Source of the DNA: Octopus bimaculoides
Taxonomy: Eukaryota
Length of the DNA: 64,000 nt
Reading direction: 5' to 3'
NCBI RefSeq assembly: GCF_001194135.2
Contig: NC_068984.1
Location: 128,359,413 to 128,423,412 of the forward strand
The position numbers and the translations under genes were made by a program. A model generated the notes under the pieces. That model was not told the origin of the DNA. It saw only the letters and a list, made by a program, of their open reading frames with translations, and searched no databases. Shown here in pieces: positions 52,320 through 64,000 of the stretch; within the stretch, counting starts at the first letter, position 1, and each line of letters starts with the position of its first letter.

Positions 52320-52490
52320 TTATGCGCATGATCCCTCGGACCGTGGTGCAAAAAAGATATCGTAGTGGCGCGAAATTCTGGCCGCCATTAAGGAAGTACA
52401 ATCTACACATGCACAAGGGACTTGCCTTCCCAGAAGCCCCTCGAGTGCGCATGCGTAGTAAACTAGTATTTAAAGCGTTTCGCGCGTTTT
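52320..52490. promoter_or_regulatory. CpG-rich promoter-like region, possibly bidirectional
   Basis: CpG-dense patch in CpG-poor DNA. E2F consensus TTTCGCGC at 52368-52375 (-) and 52478-52485 (+). NRF-1-like TGCGCATGCGTA at 52446-52457. Confidence 0.55.
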
Positions 52491-52881
52491 AAAAGCCTCT
52501 TTAGCACGATGCCTTCGATGTGACAACTACTTGCTCCTCTGGCGTGCCTCAACGAAGCTCTTAATCCCCAGATGCTGATTACAAATTAACCAGCGGCTAC
52601 CAGGCTGAATGACACAGGTTTTGTAAAACCAAGCATCACCAAAATAAAACTTATTTTATTGTTGTTAATTGTTCTACTGTTTCCCTTCTGTCTGTCCTAG
52701 TTCGTCCCCTCTATGTATCCTATTTATTAGGAAATAAAAAAAAAATCTACTGTCTCCTAATATATAATTTTGTTGAAAGGTGATAGAGAGAGACTAATGT
52801 CTCAATGTTGCTATCAACCTTTTACAATATAAATAAGAGTGCTTTTGTGCACCACGGGTCCATATGAGAGATTCTTTCTAG

Positions 52882-52922
52882 GTTAATAATGCAATATTCG
52901 GTGTTCTAACAAAACAACTACG
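52882..52922 (+). other. Candidate short exon (UTR, lncRNA or small ORF)
   Basis: TTCTTTCTAG acceptor and strong CG|GTAAGT donor. Frame 0 is open (VNNAIFGVLTKQL). Confidence 0.3.
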
Positions 52923-53479
52923 GTAAGTTGGACTTTACGATTACCTTTTGGTATTAGTACTGTTTCTGTCACATTTATTTTTAATAATTATATTTTTTAC
53001 TTTGTTCTGTTATGCTCGACTTTCTTGCCGCAAAATGTGTGTGTTGCTTTACTTTTAAACATTCATTCGCATAAACTTAGTCTTCAACTATTTAATGGAA
53101 TTAAATTTTTAATTCGATGGAAAGATTAGTCTTCATTGTTCTGTATCCCTGAATCATGTTATATTTTATCTGATGTTGTTTATACAGTTTACAAGATACA
53201 TGCCTTCCAAATAAAGTCAGCTTTGTGCTGTCAGTTGTCATTTACATTTTGTCTCCTCGAATCCCAACAAGCTATGGTTGATATAACCATTTTAACCACC
53301 TACAATGAAATTTACATTGCTAGCATTTAATCTTGTTCCACGGTTTAAAAAGTCTCTTAAGTTATTTGATTAGCGCTGAAGATGGAATTACATTTATAGA
53401 GTTTAAGAAAATACAATGTTATAGAAAATTACTCTAATTTAAATTACTCCACATATCAGAAAAATAAGCATTTAACTTA

Positions 53480-53900
53480 AAGTCGAGGGCAAAAAAGCCA
53501 TAAAAATGGCATCTAATACAAAATTACAGCATCAAACATTCTTCACAACGTTCTAAATCCTTGACAACATTGTAGAATTCAGCTTCAATAAATTCATTTC
53601 TTCAATTATATTTCTTTGTCTCTTGATACTGGTTTTGATATCTGCAATTTATGGCAACATTTTAAACAATTCATTGTGAAATCCTTATTTCATGTGAAAC
53701 TGGTGAACTGTTTATATGCCCTAACGGCTTTTCATTTTGTTTTTGAATGATCCTCTACGAGTTCTATCATCACGAACGAAAGGTCATCACGTCAAGAGGC
53801 TTTTTATGGAGTTTCAGCTTCATCAAATGCCACAAACGAATTAATGATACTTTTACCACATATATTTGTTTTATTGTTAAAAACTCAGAGCGATTCGGAC
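53480..53900 (-). pseudogene. Possible decayed pogo/Tc1-like transposase remnant
   Basis: KPLDVMTFR (cf. QPLDV..FR) and a Cys-rich RCEEC...FCIRC tail, with many stops. Confidence 0.25.
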
Positions 53901-54619
53901 AGTTTGCTTAGGGGGAAGTTCTTCTGACATGTCAAATAGATGTGAAAGAAGAGAAAGAGAAACTAATTACTATGTCGATATTTGAGAGAAGCCCAGCAGA
54001 AAGTCATTGACCTTTCCAAATCCTGTGCTTGCTGTAGAGGATCACCGTCCACAAACCAGAGAAAAGGAAACTGTTTTCCTATATCATAGAGCTACCCCCC
54101 ATATGTTTGGAGTTATGTACAAACTATTCTGCGATGAGCCTTCGCCAAAAAATATTCCTATTAATACCATCTGACGATTAGTGGTAATACACAAGACAAG
54201 ATATAGTTGGAATGAGCGTGTGAAGGGACTATGTTATCCTCAGATCAGTAAACTGGTCTAAATGCTTGCAACATAGTCGATTCCAATAAAAGAATCCAGG
54301 TACCAAGTGTTGGTGTAGAACTGGATGATGAGTTGGACACATCTCCTCTGAAATATACGAGAATAGTTATTTTTTGTGGCACCAACATGATAAAAATTGT
54401 CGTTCTTGTTGTTGAATACTTTCTACTCTGTATTTATCAATTTCGAATCGAAGGGACTAAACTTTTAGAAGACATGTTTCAGGAAAAAGCTATATCACAC
54501 CTGATATGTAGAAGGGATATCCAGCAGTGTGGTGTATGGCAGTGAAACAGTTGTGAAAACAAAGAGCTTACAATGACAGAAGAGTGCTAATATCTAATAT
54601 CTACAATAACAACAATAAA

Positions 54620-55800
54620 ACTGACACCCAGGCTGCTTTGCCCCAACGTTTTTTTTTTGGGGGGGGGGATCTAGGTCTGCATAAGTGCTCGTCTCTATCC
54701 CTTCCCTGTTTTCTGTCCTCCATCCACGCTTCCTTTCCTTTAGTAAGCAACATCCTCTCCTCTCCAACATTTACTAATTGCAATAGGGAGATGGATAAAG
54801 CTCTGTTACAGTGGAGAGAGCTGGGTTTGTCAGTTCCTGTTACAGTTGAGGATAAATGGAAGCAGTGAGTATGGGACAATCTGCGTTCAGGCGCCACTTT
54901 TAACTCTCTCCTTGATCTGATCAATTTTCAAGGTGTCGCCTGCTTTCAGCTAGTGCAAAATTTTTGGGGGTAGGTTGGGGCTGGATTGATGCTCTGTCTG
55001 TGACCAACATTGGAGGTCTACTCAGCCTTGATGGGCTCCGTATCCCCATCGCACTCAGAATGGGAGCTGATGTCTATAGGGGATTGAGATGTGGTAGGCT
55101 CCTCGATCCCACGGGTCTTCACGGCCTGTCTTGCCGCCTAAGAGTTGGTCGTTTTGCTCGTCACACAGAGATAAACTCAATCATTGAGCGGGCCCTAGCT
55201 GGATCCGGCAGAATTATCCAGAAGTGATGAGAAAAAACCAGATGGACTTACCCTCTGTCTCCGGGATAGAGGTAAGTGCCTCATCTGGGACACCACAGTC
55301 TGTGACTCTTTTGTTCCCTCCCACAACCTGGATACTGCGGTAAATGGAAGGGCTACTGCTTCTGTAGCTGAACGGAACAAAACCCTGAAGTATCGGGACT
55401 TGATAGTGAACTATATCTTTCAACCCGAGGCGTTTGAAACGTTTACAGGGACTGGGCTACTAACCGCGGTGTTCTTGTCATCGTTGGCAGCTCAGCTCGC
55501 TTCACCGAAGTGTCAGGTGATGCCCGCGAGGCCGCTTAACTTTTCCAACGCCTTAGCATCGCTATCGTCCGTGGTAATACTGCAGCGTGCTGGCTTGCTT
55601 CAGTAGGTTCCATTAAACTTTGTAGTGTGCGACCAATTAAAGCACTTGGTGCTACAATGTTTTCTTTTCTCTTTCTTCTCTTTTTTCCTATCCCCCTTTT
55701 CTTTTTCCTGTCTGTTTTTTCTTTTCTTTGTCTTTCTTTTGTAAAAACTTATATCATGGAAAAGTTATTATATACACAGTAAAATATAAACTAATAACTA
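54620..55800 (+). mobile_element. 5-prime-truncated, frameshifted CRE-clade non-LTR retrotransposon (RT end, CCHC knuckle, restriction-like endonuclease)
   Basis: QAALP..GGDLGL..SLPCFLSS; WIDAL..LRIPIALRMG; CGRLLDPTGLHGLSC (55090-55134); RHTEINSII; KPDGLTL (55238); WDTTVCD; KTLKY (55391); FETF; FQRLSIAIVRGN (55543). At least two frameshifts. Confidence 0.8.
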
Positions 55801-57559
55801 ATAAAGCATAAGAGTTTTGTCGCGATGATTGGTATCTTATTAAGATAGCTTGTTGCGTTGGGTCACCATTGTCGCATGGGTGAATTGGTCTTTATTGTTG
55901 CAATGGTCTTCGGTGTAAGATTACTATGGATTAGGTTGGCTGTGTGTGTTGTTAAGAAGAAAATTCGTGAAATTTTATAATATATTTATTGAAGGAAAGT
56001 ATGTACATAGATGAACGTGGATTTTCAGATAATCATTGTTGAGAGACCTAGGATATAAGGATCAACTTTCACAGTGTCTAAATTCATCAATCATTAAGGG
56101 CTTACTCTAGAGATAGGGACGAACTGGTCTTGAATGAAAATCATGATGTGAGTTAATCCGAATCTAATCATAATTTTGGCTTGCTTCTGGCAAGAAGTGA
56201 GACGTGTGTTTTTTGACTGCCCTCAACATACTGTCCGCCAGATCTTCGCGGACTCTGCTTATCACAAGAGAAAAGCACAGGACATTCAGTTTTGTTCTGT
56301 GTGGCATGATCTCCTGCAAATTGAATGTTCAATAAATAGAATGTACACGTGAAACATATGTAGTTCACTCATGTAATTTAGAGAATGGCGTTCAAATCTT
56401 AAGTCTTGCTGCAGTTTCAACTCTCTGATAGGTGTAATAAAATATGAATGTGAGAAACAGCAACAAATAAATATATAATAATTCTCTTAATTCTTTTCTT
56501 TTTACGTACCGCCAGGTAATAGAAGGCAACTGGCCTAAGATGTATAATAATTCATTTCCAAAATGTCCTGAACAATATAGGTTTGAGTGAAGTTTTAATT
56601 CATTGAGAAAAAAGTAATAATTTTCAATTTCAACCATTCAAAGAACCCCCCCCCCGCGCAATCACAAATGAAAATGATAATCTTTCTATGTACACGGACC
56701 TTAAAACATCAACAAAAATATCTNNNNNNNNNNGGGGGGGGGGAGGGTCTAGGTCTGCATAAGTGCTCGTCTCTATCCCTTCCCTGTTTTCTGTCCTCCA
56801 TCACAATCGTTCCCACACTAATAAATACCAAGCACTAACAATCCACAGAAATAATGAAGAGACTGACCAATATATTATATAGGTTATTGAGATAATAGAT
56901 GGCATTTAAACTGATTACATGATATTGTAGGATCAAATTACCATTTCTCTCGTTACATTTGAATATTCTGTGATTGGATTAAATTTCCCTTTTTACTCGG
57001 AAAGTACTTTGAAATAAAGATTTTGTTTCTTAAGGAAAAAAAAAAAACCTCCAGAGATATTTAAATGTTACGTGTGTTCAGTCAAAACTGATTTGGAGCT
57101 AATAAAGCAACAACAACAACAACATAAGCAACAACAGCTCTCAATGGTGAAAATAATAAAAGAGAGAAAAAAAACGCTGAAAATAATTAATAAAGGTATT
57201 AATATTGTCGCTTATGGGGCAAAACTAATTTCTTTTTAATATTACTTTATACATCCTTTAAACTGATTTATTTGAAAGTGTTAGTATGATCATTGTTTCT
57301 AAATATAACTTTCTACACAACAAGACAGGTTTCCATCAATAATGAATGTCAATTGTTAATTTCCCTAGTTAAGCAGATGCTGGCCACTTGCCAACCGATC
57401 ATGTCTTTCCCAACCTTCACGCTTGAACGAGTTCAGTCAAGTCGAGTTATGGTTAGTATTTCTTTTCATAGAAAAACTACTGGTCCTAAAAACAATACGT
57501 ATTATGGTTCGGATTTACATCCGTAGATAAACTTTCCCTGGAAAGCAGACGATTCTGTA

Positions 57560-57571
57560 TGCACATGCGCA
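57560..57571 (+). promoter_or_regulatory. NRF-1-like motif upstream of NAMPT
   Basis: TGCACATGCGCA, one mismatch to TGCGCATGCGCA, 27 nt before the ATG. Confidence 0.4.
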
Positions 57572-57598
57572 AATGATCATTGACCAGAATCACTCAAA

Positions 57599-57658
57599 AT
57601 GGCAGCATGCATAGATGGTGTCACTGACAATATTTTACTTGTTACTGACTCTTATAAA
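57599..57658 (+). CDS. NAMPT: Nicotinamide phosphoribosyltransferase, first coding exon (exon 2 not found in the window)
   Basis: AAAATGG start context. Translates MAACIDGVTDNILLVTDSYK, matching the NAMPT N-terminal motif NILLATDSYK. Ends at a phase-0 GTAAGT donor (57659), at the position where I recall vertebrate NAMPT exon 1 ending. Confidence 0.85.
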
Positions 57659-58484
57659 GTAAGTATATATATTTTTTCTCCAACAATATTTTGTTTAGAA
57701 CATTTTCACAAAAACAAATTAGTTTATTTCTATGTTTTATGGAAAAATGTTATTTTCATGCTATTTTAAAATTATTTCAGCAATGGTTTGAAGTTCAGAA
57801 AAAAATCGTCTGCTTTAAGTTGATAAATGTTTGTTGTGATGGAATCTATATATGTTGTGATGTGCTGCTTACTGACATAAGTGTTGAAAAGAAAGCTAGT
57901 CAGTTGGTCGTTAGTATTATGTTGTTGCAACAGGTGTGTAGATCTAAGAGATCTACAACTAATGAATTCTTGCTGTGACCATTCCGATTTTATTTTGCGA
58001 TACAATGGGCCTGGGTAGTCAAGAAGTTCGCTTCGCAACCACGTGGTTTCAGGTTCAGTTCCGCTATGTAGCACCTTGGGCAAGTGTATCTACTACAGCC
58101 TCAGAGCGAACAATGCCCCGTGAGAGTGAATTTAGTAGAATTCAGTCCCACTGCGTGGCACCCTGGGCAAGTGTCTTCTATTATAGCTCCGGGCCGACCA
58201 AAGCCTTGTCTATAGATATGGTAGACTGAAACTGAAAGAAGCCCGTCTTATATATATATATATATNNNNNNNNNNNNNNNNNNNNNNNNNNNNNNNNNNN
58301 NNNNNNNNNNNNNNNNNNNNNNNNNNNNNNNNNNNNNNNNNNNNNNNNNNNNNNNNNNNNNNNNNNNNNNNNNNNNNNNNNNNNNNNNNNNNNNNNNNNN
58401 NNNNNNNNNNNNNNNNNNNNNNNNNNNNNNNNNNNNNNNNNNNNNNNNNNNNNNNNNNNNNNNNNNNNNNNNNNNNNNNNNNNN

Positions 58485-58526
<42 letters not shown>

Positions 58527-59669
58527 ATACGTAGATCTATGTGAGTGTGTCTTTGTGTCTGTGTTTGTACCTCACCACCGCTTAACAACCAGTGTTGGTG
58601 TGTTTATATCCCCGTAACTTAGCAGTTCGGCTAAAAAGGGCGATAGAATAAGTACCAGGCTTGAAAAATAAAAAGTACTGGGGTCGATTTATTTGACTAA
58701 CATTCTTCGGGGTGGTACCCCAGAATGGCTACAGTCTAATGACTGAAACAAATAAAAGAATAGTGTGTGTTTGTGGGTATTTATGTATACATATGTGTAT
58801 TTATACTCATTTATATATTATGTATATTTTATATATGTATATATATATATATATTTATATGTATATTTTATATATACACTCATATATACATGCTTACGTA
58901 CATACATCTACACACATTTATGTATATTCACATACATGCATGTATATTTGGGGTGGGGTGTAGTCATCTTACACCGATTGAGAACCAGTTGCTTTGTTTG
59001 TGTCTAGTTACCTAGCGGTCCGGCAAAAGAAAACGAGGAAATAAGTACCAGACTTTCCATAAGTACTGAAATCAATTCAATCGATTAAACACTACAAAGT
59101 AGTGCTCCAACATGCTCCCAGTCCAGTAACTGAAATAGGTTAAAATCGATCGGTCGATCAATCAATCAATCAATAAATAAGAATTTATCTAGGACCACGT
59201 AATCCAATGTATCCGTTATACTTTTTCTATTTTTAATTTTTTTTTGTTAAAGATAGGATGATGTAATTTAAAGGACATTTAGCTGCAGTTTCTAGCAGTT
59301 CGTGCTACAGCACTTTCGTGATGTTATGACAGGTGTATGGATGGATAGACAAATTTTGGCTGTGGTATGGCAGGTGGGTAGAAAGAATAATGGCAGATCT
59401 GCGTGGTATGACGGGTCTGTAGATAGACTTAATGGTCAGTAAAATGATTTTTGTGACAGGTGTGTAGTTTTGTCTTGTGGTACCTTTTGTCTTTTACTTG
59501 CTTCAGCCATTGGTCTACGGCTATGATGGGACACCACGTTGAAGGATTTTAGTCAAACAAATCGACCCCATTACTTGCTATTAAGCCTGGTACCTATACT
59601 ATCGACTTCTTTCGCCGAACCACCAAATTACTTGGACGTAAACAAACCCACACCGGTTATCAAGTGGTG

Positions 59670-59702
<33 letters not shown>

Positions 59703-60790
59703 GGCGGGTTTCTTTCAGTTTCCATCTACCAAATCTACTCACAAGATTTTTGTCAGCTCGAGGCTAAACCCTGAACCATATGGTTTAAAAACAAGCTTCT
59801 TAGCACATGGTCACCGAATCGCTTCGTTTTTGTAGAGGTCAGGCCATCAGAAATCATCCTTGTGGACCAGTTTGACTACTAAGGTATATCTGTATCGTAA
59901 GCAGCGGAGTGCACAGGTTCCGTCCGAGAGACGTTAAGGCGTCTTAAATGCTCCAGAAAATCGAAACGGTTAAGATCATTGCTCCACCAATTGGTAAATA
60001 GATCCAAGATCATGAATTATTTCGGGACAGACGTCCAGTAGGATGGGCACTGGTTGAGATCCGCGAAACTGTCAGAGTTACTGAGCCCAATCTGTTCCTC
60101 TCGTCTCTCTTGCATTTCTCCTCACTCTCCAGATCATTCTCCTTTGTTAAATAAAATGTTATATGAATGTTTTCTTTTTAAATATTTTAAAAAAGTTTTC
60201 AGGGTGTGTAATTTCCGTATCCTCTTGTCTTAAATGCCACCTCTTACTTCTGTCGCTTCAGAGGCTTCGATACTTTCAACATCCTACTTTAATTCTAGCT
60301 TCCTCACTTTCTTCAACCTTGTACCTTAGATTTCTAACCCTCTTATACCACCTCTCTTGCGATCTGACCTCCTCATTCGCTACATCAATTTCGAATCCCA
60401 GCTTCATTTTTATCCTTCTGCCAAAGCAATAGCAGCACCTTCTCTCTTGCGACTTTCAGGTGAAAAACTAGGGCCTGAACCGTTAGTTTCATAATTCTTC
60501 CGACACAGAATTTATTGAATTTTTCAGTTATTCACGTCCGCATTAAGTTAAGAATAAAGATATTACAGTATAAATTAGAAGAGATATGGGCAGTTATGCC
60601 TCAAGGCCAGACAAACCCCTCAAAAACCATTGGAAACATAGGGCTTGAAGGAATCACTCATCAATATCCAGAAACTACTCGTAACAACATCGTCAAATTC
60701 CTAGAATTTTGGAACTGGTCACTATTATAACAATTCTAAAATCTAACAAAAGCCAGATGAAGTAACACATACAGACCATCACCCTTCCAT

Positions 60791-60953
60791 CACTAGCGTA
60801 GCTAGAGTGTGTGCTGCCCGGGGCAGCCCTTCCGTTTGCCGCCCCCGGACCCCACGAAAAACCACATATTGCCTGCAGCAGATCCAAAAGAACCGCCCCA
60901 TTAAAAGTGCCGCTCGCGGCGGACCGCCCCTACTCCTCTTAGTTACACTAGTG
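60791..60953 (+). mobile_element. hAT-type MITE
   Basis: 8-bp TSD CCTTCCAT at 60783-60790 and 60954-60961. Imperfect TIR CACTAGCGTAGCTAG / CACTAGTGTAACTAA. Confidence 0.8.
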
Positions 60954-62340
60954 CCTTCCATGCACACCCTAAAAAATTCTAGAAAGGTTAATCATACCCT
61001 TTTCTCCAGATCTCAATATGAATTTACACTGAGGCAGCGACCTGGCAGAATCATTCGGACGTCAGGCTGCTTGGCGGCATTTCGTCCGTCTTTACATTCT
61101 GAGTTCAAATTCAGCCTATTTCGACTTTGCCCTTTATCTTTTGGGGATAAATAAAATAAGTACCAGTTGAGAACTAGGGTCGATGTAATCGATTTACTTC
61201 CTCCCACGCACTTACGCTAGAAATTGAAACCAATATGAATTCAGACTGCTTGTCTCTAACAAGGAAAACACAAAGGTTTCAACAAGAAAAAGAAAAAAAA
61301 AGCCCTCTCAAGCCTGCTATTCTAACTATTACCGACATCAGTAAAGGTTTTGACTTTATTTCTAGTTATCCATTCATACAAAAAGTACATAGCATCTTAA
61401 GAAATATAACAAAACATTAGCAAGCAAATTACTTCTCATGCCTCCAAATCTGTACAAGAACAACACTTCTAGAACATGCAATTTTTCGAATCGGGTAAAT
61501 GAACCTGTCCTCTCGCCCACACTTTTCTACAAACACTGCTGCACTACTTCGACCTTACTTAAATCAGCAAGATAATTGGCTCAGCAGCACCCATTAATTT
61601 ACTGTCTTCTTTCTTACTAGCAGCACCATAGAGCATCAGTCACACTCAACATAAACATCATGCACAGAAGATAAAAGCAATAGAAATTACATACAACGCC
61701 TCCACAACCTTTATACAAAGCATAGTAAAGAAAGCAAAAAGATTCACAGATATATTTTAAGACAATTCACAGGTATCACATTTATTAACAGAAAGAAATA
61801 ACAATGTACAAAATGCTCCTTTCTACCATAGGTACAAAGCCTGAAATTTTAGGGAAGGGACTACTCGATTACATCGATCCCAGTGCTTAACTAGCACTTA
61901 TTTCATCCTCCGCCGAAAGGATGAAAGTCAATGTCGATCTCGGCGGAATTTGAACTCGGAATATACAGATGGACGAAATGCTAGTAAGCATTAGTCCTGC
62001 GTGCAAACAATTCTGCAAGCTCGCCGCCTTAATGATGTACACATAATAAAGAATTAGATTCTTCATAGACTCTGCTAGTTCTCACTCTTTCTGCAACAAA
62101 CCACAATAGATTACAAAGAATTCAAAACATAGATATCACTGAGGGGTTTAGTAAAATATCTACTTGGGTTGATTTTGATCGCCGATTCTCCTCCTACTAA
62201 ATTTGTAGCTTTGTGCTTGTGTTATAAATTACATACCTCTTTTTTCTACATGTGAAAAAAAAACTGTCGCTTGAACAAAGCACCCGATTATGATCTGTTA
62301 ATGAGAACCAATAATACCGAAATATATACGTAATTCCACC

Positions 62341-62535
62341 ACAAGGTCCTGTTCTTGTTGCAGTGTGGTGCTCGTGTGCCTCAGTGACACTGAAAGCTTT
62401 GCTTGTGGAGTGCAAGCTTCTGGTTGGGCCTTCCATGCTGAACAGATCAAGGGGTAGAGACCAGACTAATATGGACCACTTCATCCCATAAGTAAAAATG
62501 GGTTTGCGTATGGCCAACACCTCTACCCAGAAAAA
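62341..62535 (+). mobile_element. RTE-like 5-prime UTR remnant (homologue at 4297-4448)
   Basis: Aligns by eye with 4297-4448 (ACAAGGTCC...GTGCCTCA.TGAC...GGAGTGCAAGCT...CCATGCTG...TAATATGGA). Resembles RTE/Expander 5-prime leaders as I recall them. Confidence 0.45.
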
Positions 62536-63685
62536 GCAAAAAACAAAACAGAAGCAACGTTATAGAAGAATCGATTTCAATTCAAAACCAAGACTTGGGA
62601 GAGGAAGGTCTTCCCCCAGAGCACCCCAACCCCGCCCCATACCGAAGGCATGGCCGTGTCAGCCCTAACTGGAGACTAGTGGAGAAAAGCCGTCAATGGC
62701 TTATTGCTCTATAGGAAGCGAGAAGCTTAAGTAAGTATATATGCATTGTTCTCTTACCGCCAAAAAGCAAAGAACAGTTTTCCTCCTAAACATGTAAATG
62801 AATTTGGGGAAATGAATTCTTAAATTTTTAAATATTATCTTTCATTTTGAGAATCGTTTACAATAGTTTCTAAGTTTGTTTTCTTTCCCGAACTTGGAGG
62901 AAAATTTTAATTTATTGAGAATTTTTTTTTTTTTTTTCCATATGCCATTCTTGTTAATTTTATTGATTTAAATTCAAGTCATTACCCACTTGAATTGTTT
63001 CTCGCAGCTCATTTCAATTTTTTTTTTAATTATAAAAAAATGATTATTATTGCTGACGTCATAAGCATTTAGAAAATTCGAAATGAACGTGAAATAATTA
63101 TTTTTTGGAACATTGAAACTGGAAGAAGTAAAGCAATAAATAATAGCGTGTACATATTGGTTTTAAAAAAATCTTATGGTTAGGAAAATTCGAAGGAAGC
63201 CCGTGAGACTCGAATCTACATCGTCTGTAAAACATGATGTACGTTCTACCATTGGACCAAAGCAAACTTTCCAACTCCTCAATCCATTTTAGAACCTGTA
63301 TTCTAACATACGAGCTTTGTATGCTGTTGACGCCTTAAGAATTTAGAAACTTCAAGATGAACGTGAAATAAGGGCTGTAGGCTGGCAGAATCGTCAGCAC
63401 TCTGGACAAAATGCTTAGTAGCATTTCTTCCAGCTTTACGTGATGATTTCAAATTTCACCGAGGTCTACTTTGCTTTTCAACCTCCCTGGATCAATAAAA
63501 TAAATACCCGTTGAGCCCTGGGGTGGGTGTCAATATAATCGACTGGCCTCCTCCCACCAAAATTTAGGCCTTGTTCCTATAGCAGAAAGAGTTACTATTG
63601 GCTTCGTGGAATATCTTTAGTGATATCTCTGCCCCACTCCAATTTTAAGGTGAACGATTTTAGTTTTGGAGTACATATACATACA

Positions 63686-64000
63686 TTGTTGTTGTTGGCA
63701 CTCCGTCGCTTACGACGTCGAGGGTTCCGATCAACGGAACAGCATGCTCGTGAAATTAACGTGCAAGTGGCTGAGCACTCCACAGACACGTGTACCCTTA
63801 ACGTAGTTCCCGGGGATATTCAGCGTGACACAGTGTGACAAGGCTGACCCTTTGAATTACAGGCACAACAGAAACAGGAAGTAAGAATAAGAGAAAGTTG
63901 TGGTAGAAGAGTACAGCAGGGTTCGCCACCATCCCCTGCCGGAGCCTCGTAGAGCTTTAGGTGTTTTCGCTCAATTAACACTCACAACGCCCGGTCTAAG
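63686..64000 (-). mobile_element. tRNA-derived SINE, same family, cut by the window end
   Basis: Reverse-complement match to 30779-31160; the head lies beyond 64000. Confidence 0.85.

Noticed and set aside
56748-56802. 55-bp identical copy of 54670-54724 (CRE fragment)
   Set aside because: It starts right after a 10-N gap and a poly-G run, so it is most likely an assembly artefact.
60515-60730. ITHQYPETT peptide as possible NAMPT exon 2
   Set aside because: It lacks the YK of VTHYKQYP and the SYFECR motif, and has no suitably placed acceptor.
63222-63290. tRNA-like sequence on the minus strand with A and B boxes
   Set aside because: The acceptor stem does not pair; this is a SINE head or pseudogene, not a tRNA gene.

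Overview
AT-rich, repeat-dense animal genomic DNA with 11 assembly gaps. The repeat families look like those of octopus/coleoid cephalopods (inferred, not verified). Most ORFs in the supplied track are artefacts of N-runs, microsatellites or decayed transposons. Host genes: the first coding exon of NAMPT on + (57599-57658, MAACIDGVTDNILLVTDSYK followed by GTAAGT), plus scattered candidate exons of one or two unidentified minus-strand genes (~987-36690 and ~44357-46337). An E2F/NRF-1-type promoter-like region lies at ~52.3-52.5 kb. Mobile DNA: three abundant tRNA-type SINE families, RTE LINE fragments, Penelope-like (PLE) remnants with a hammerhead ribozyme motif, a CRE-clade retrotransposon fragment, a non-autonomous Helitron, piggyBac- and hAT-type MITEs, and an internally deleted TIR transposon that keeps a SAP + SWIM-like reading frame (probably ISL2EU/PIF-Harbinger-related). 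I found no convincing wholly new system. The best leads are the SAP-SWIM TIR element, the CRE element, the ribozyme motifs, a 314-bp fold-back and the unidentified genes. Repeat boundaries are approximate unless a TSD or TIR is quoted.
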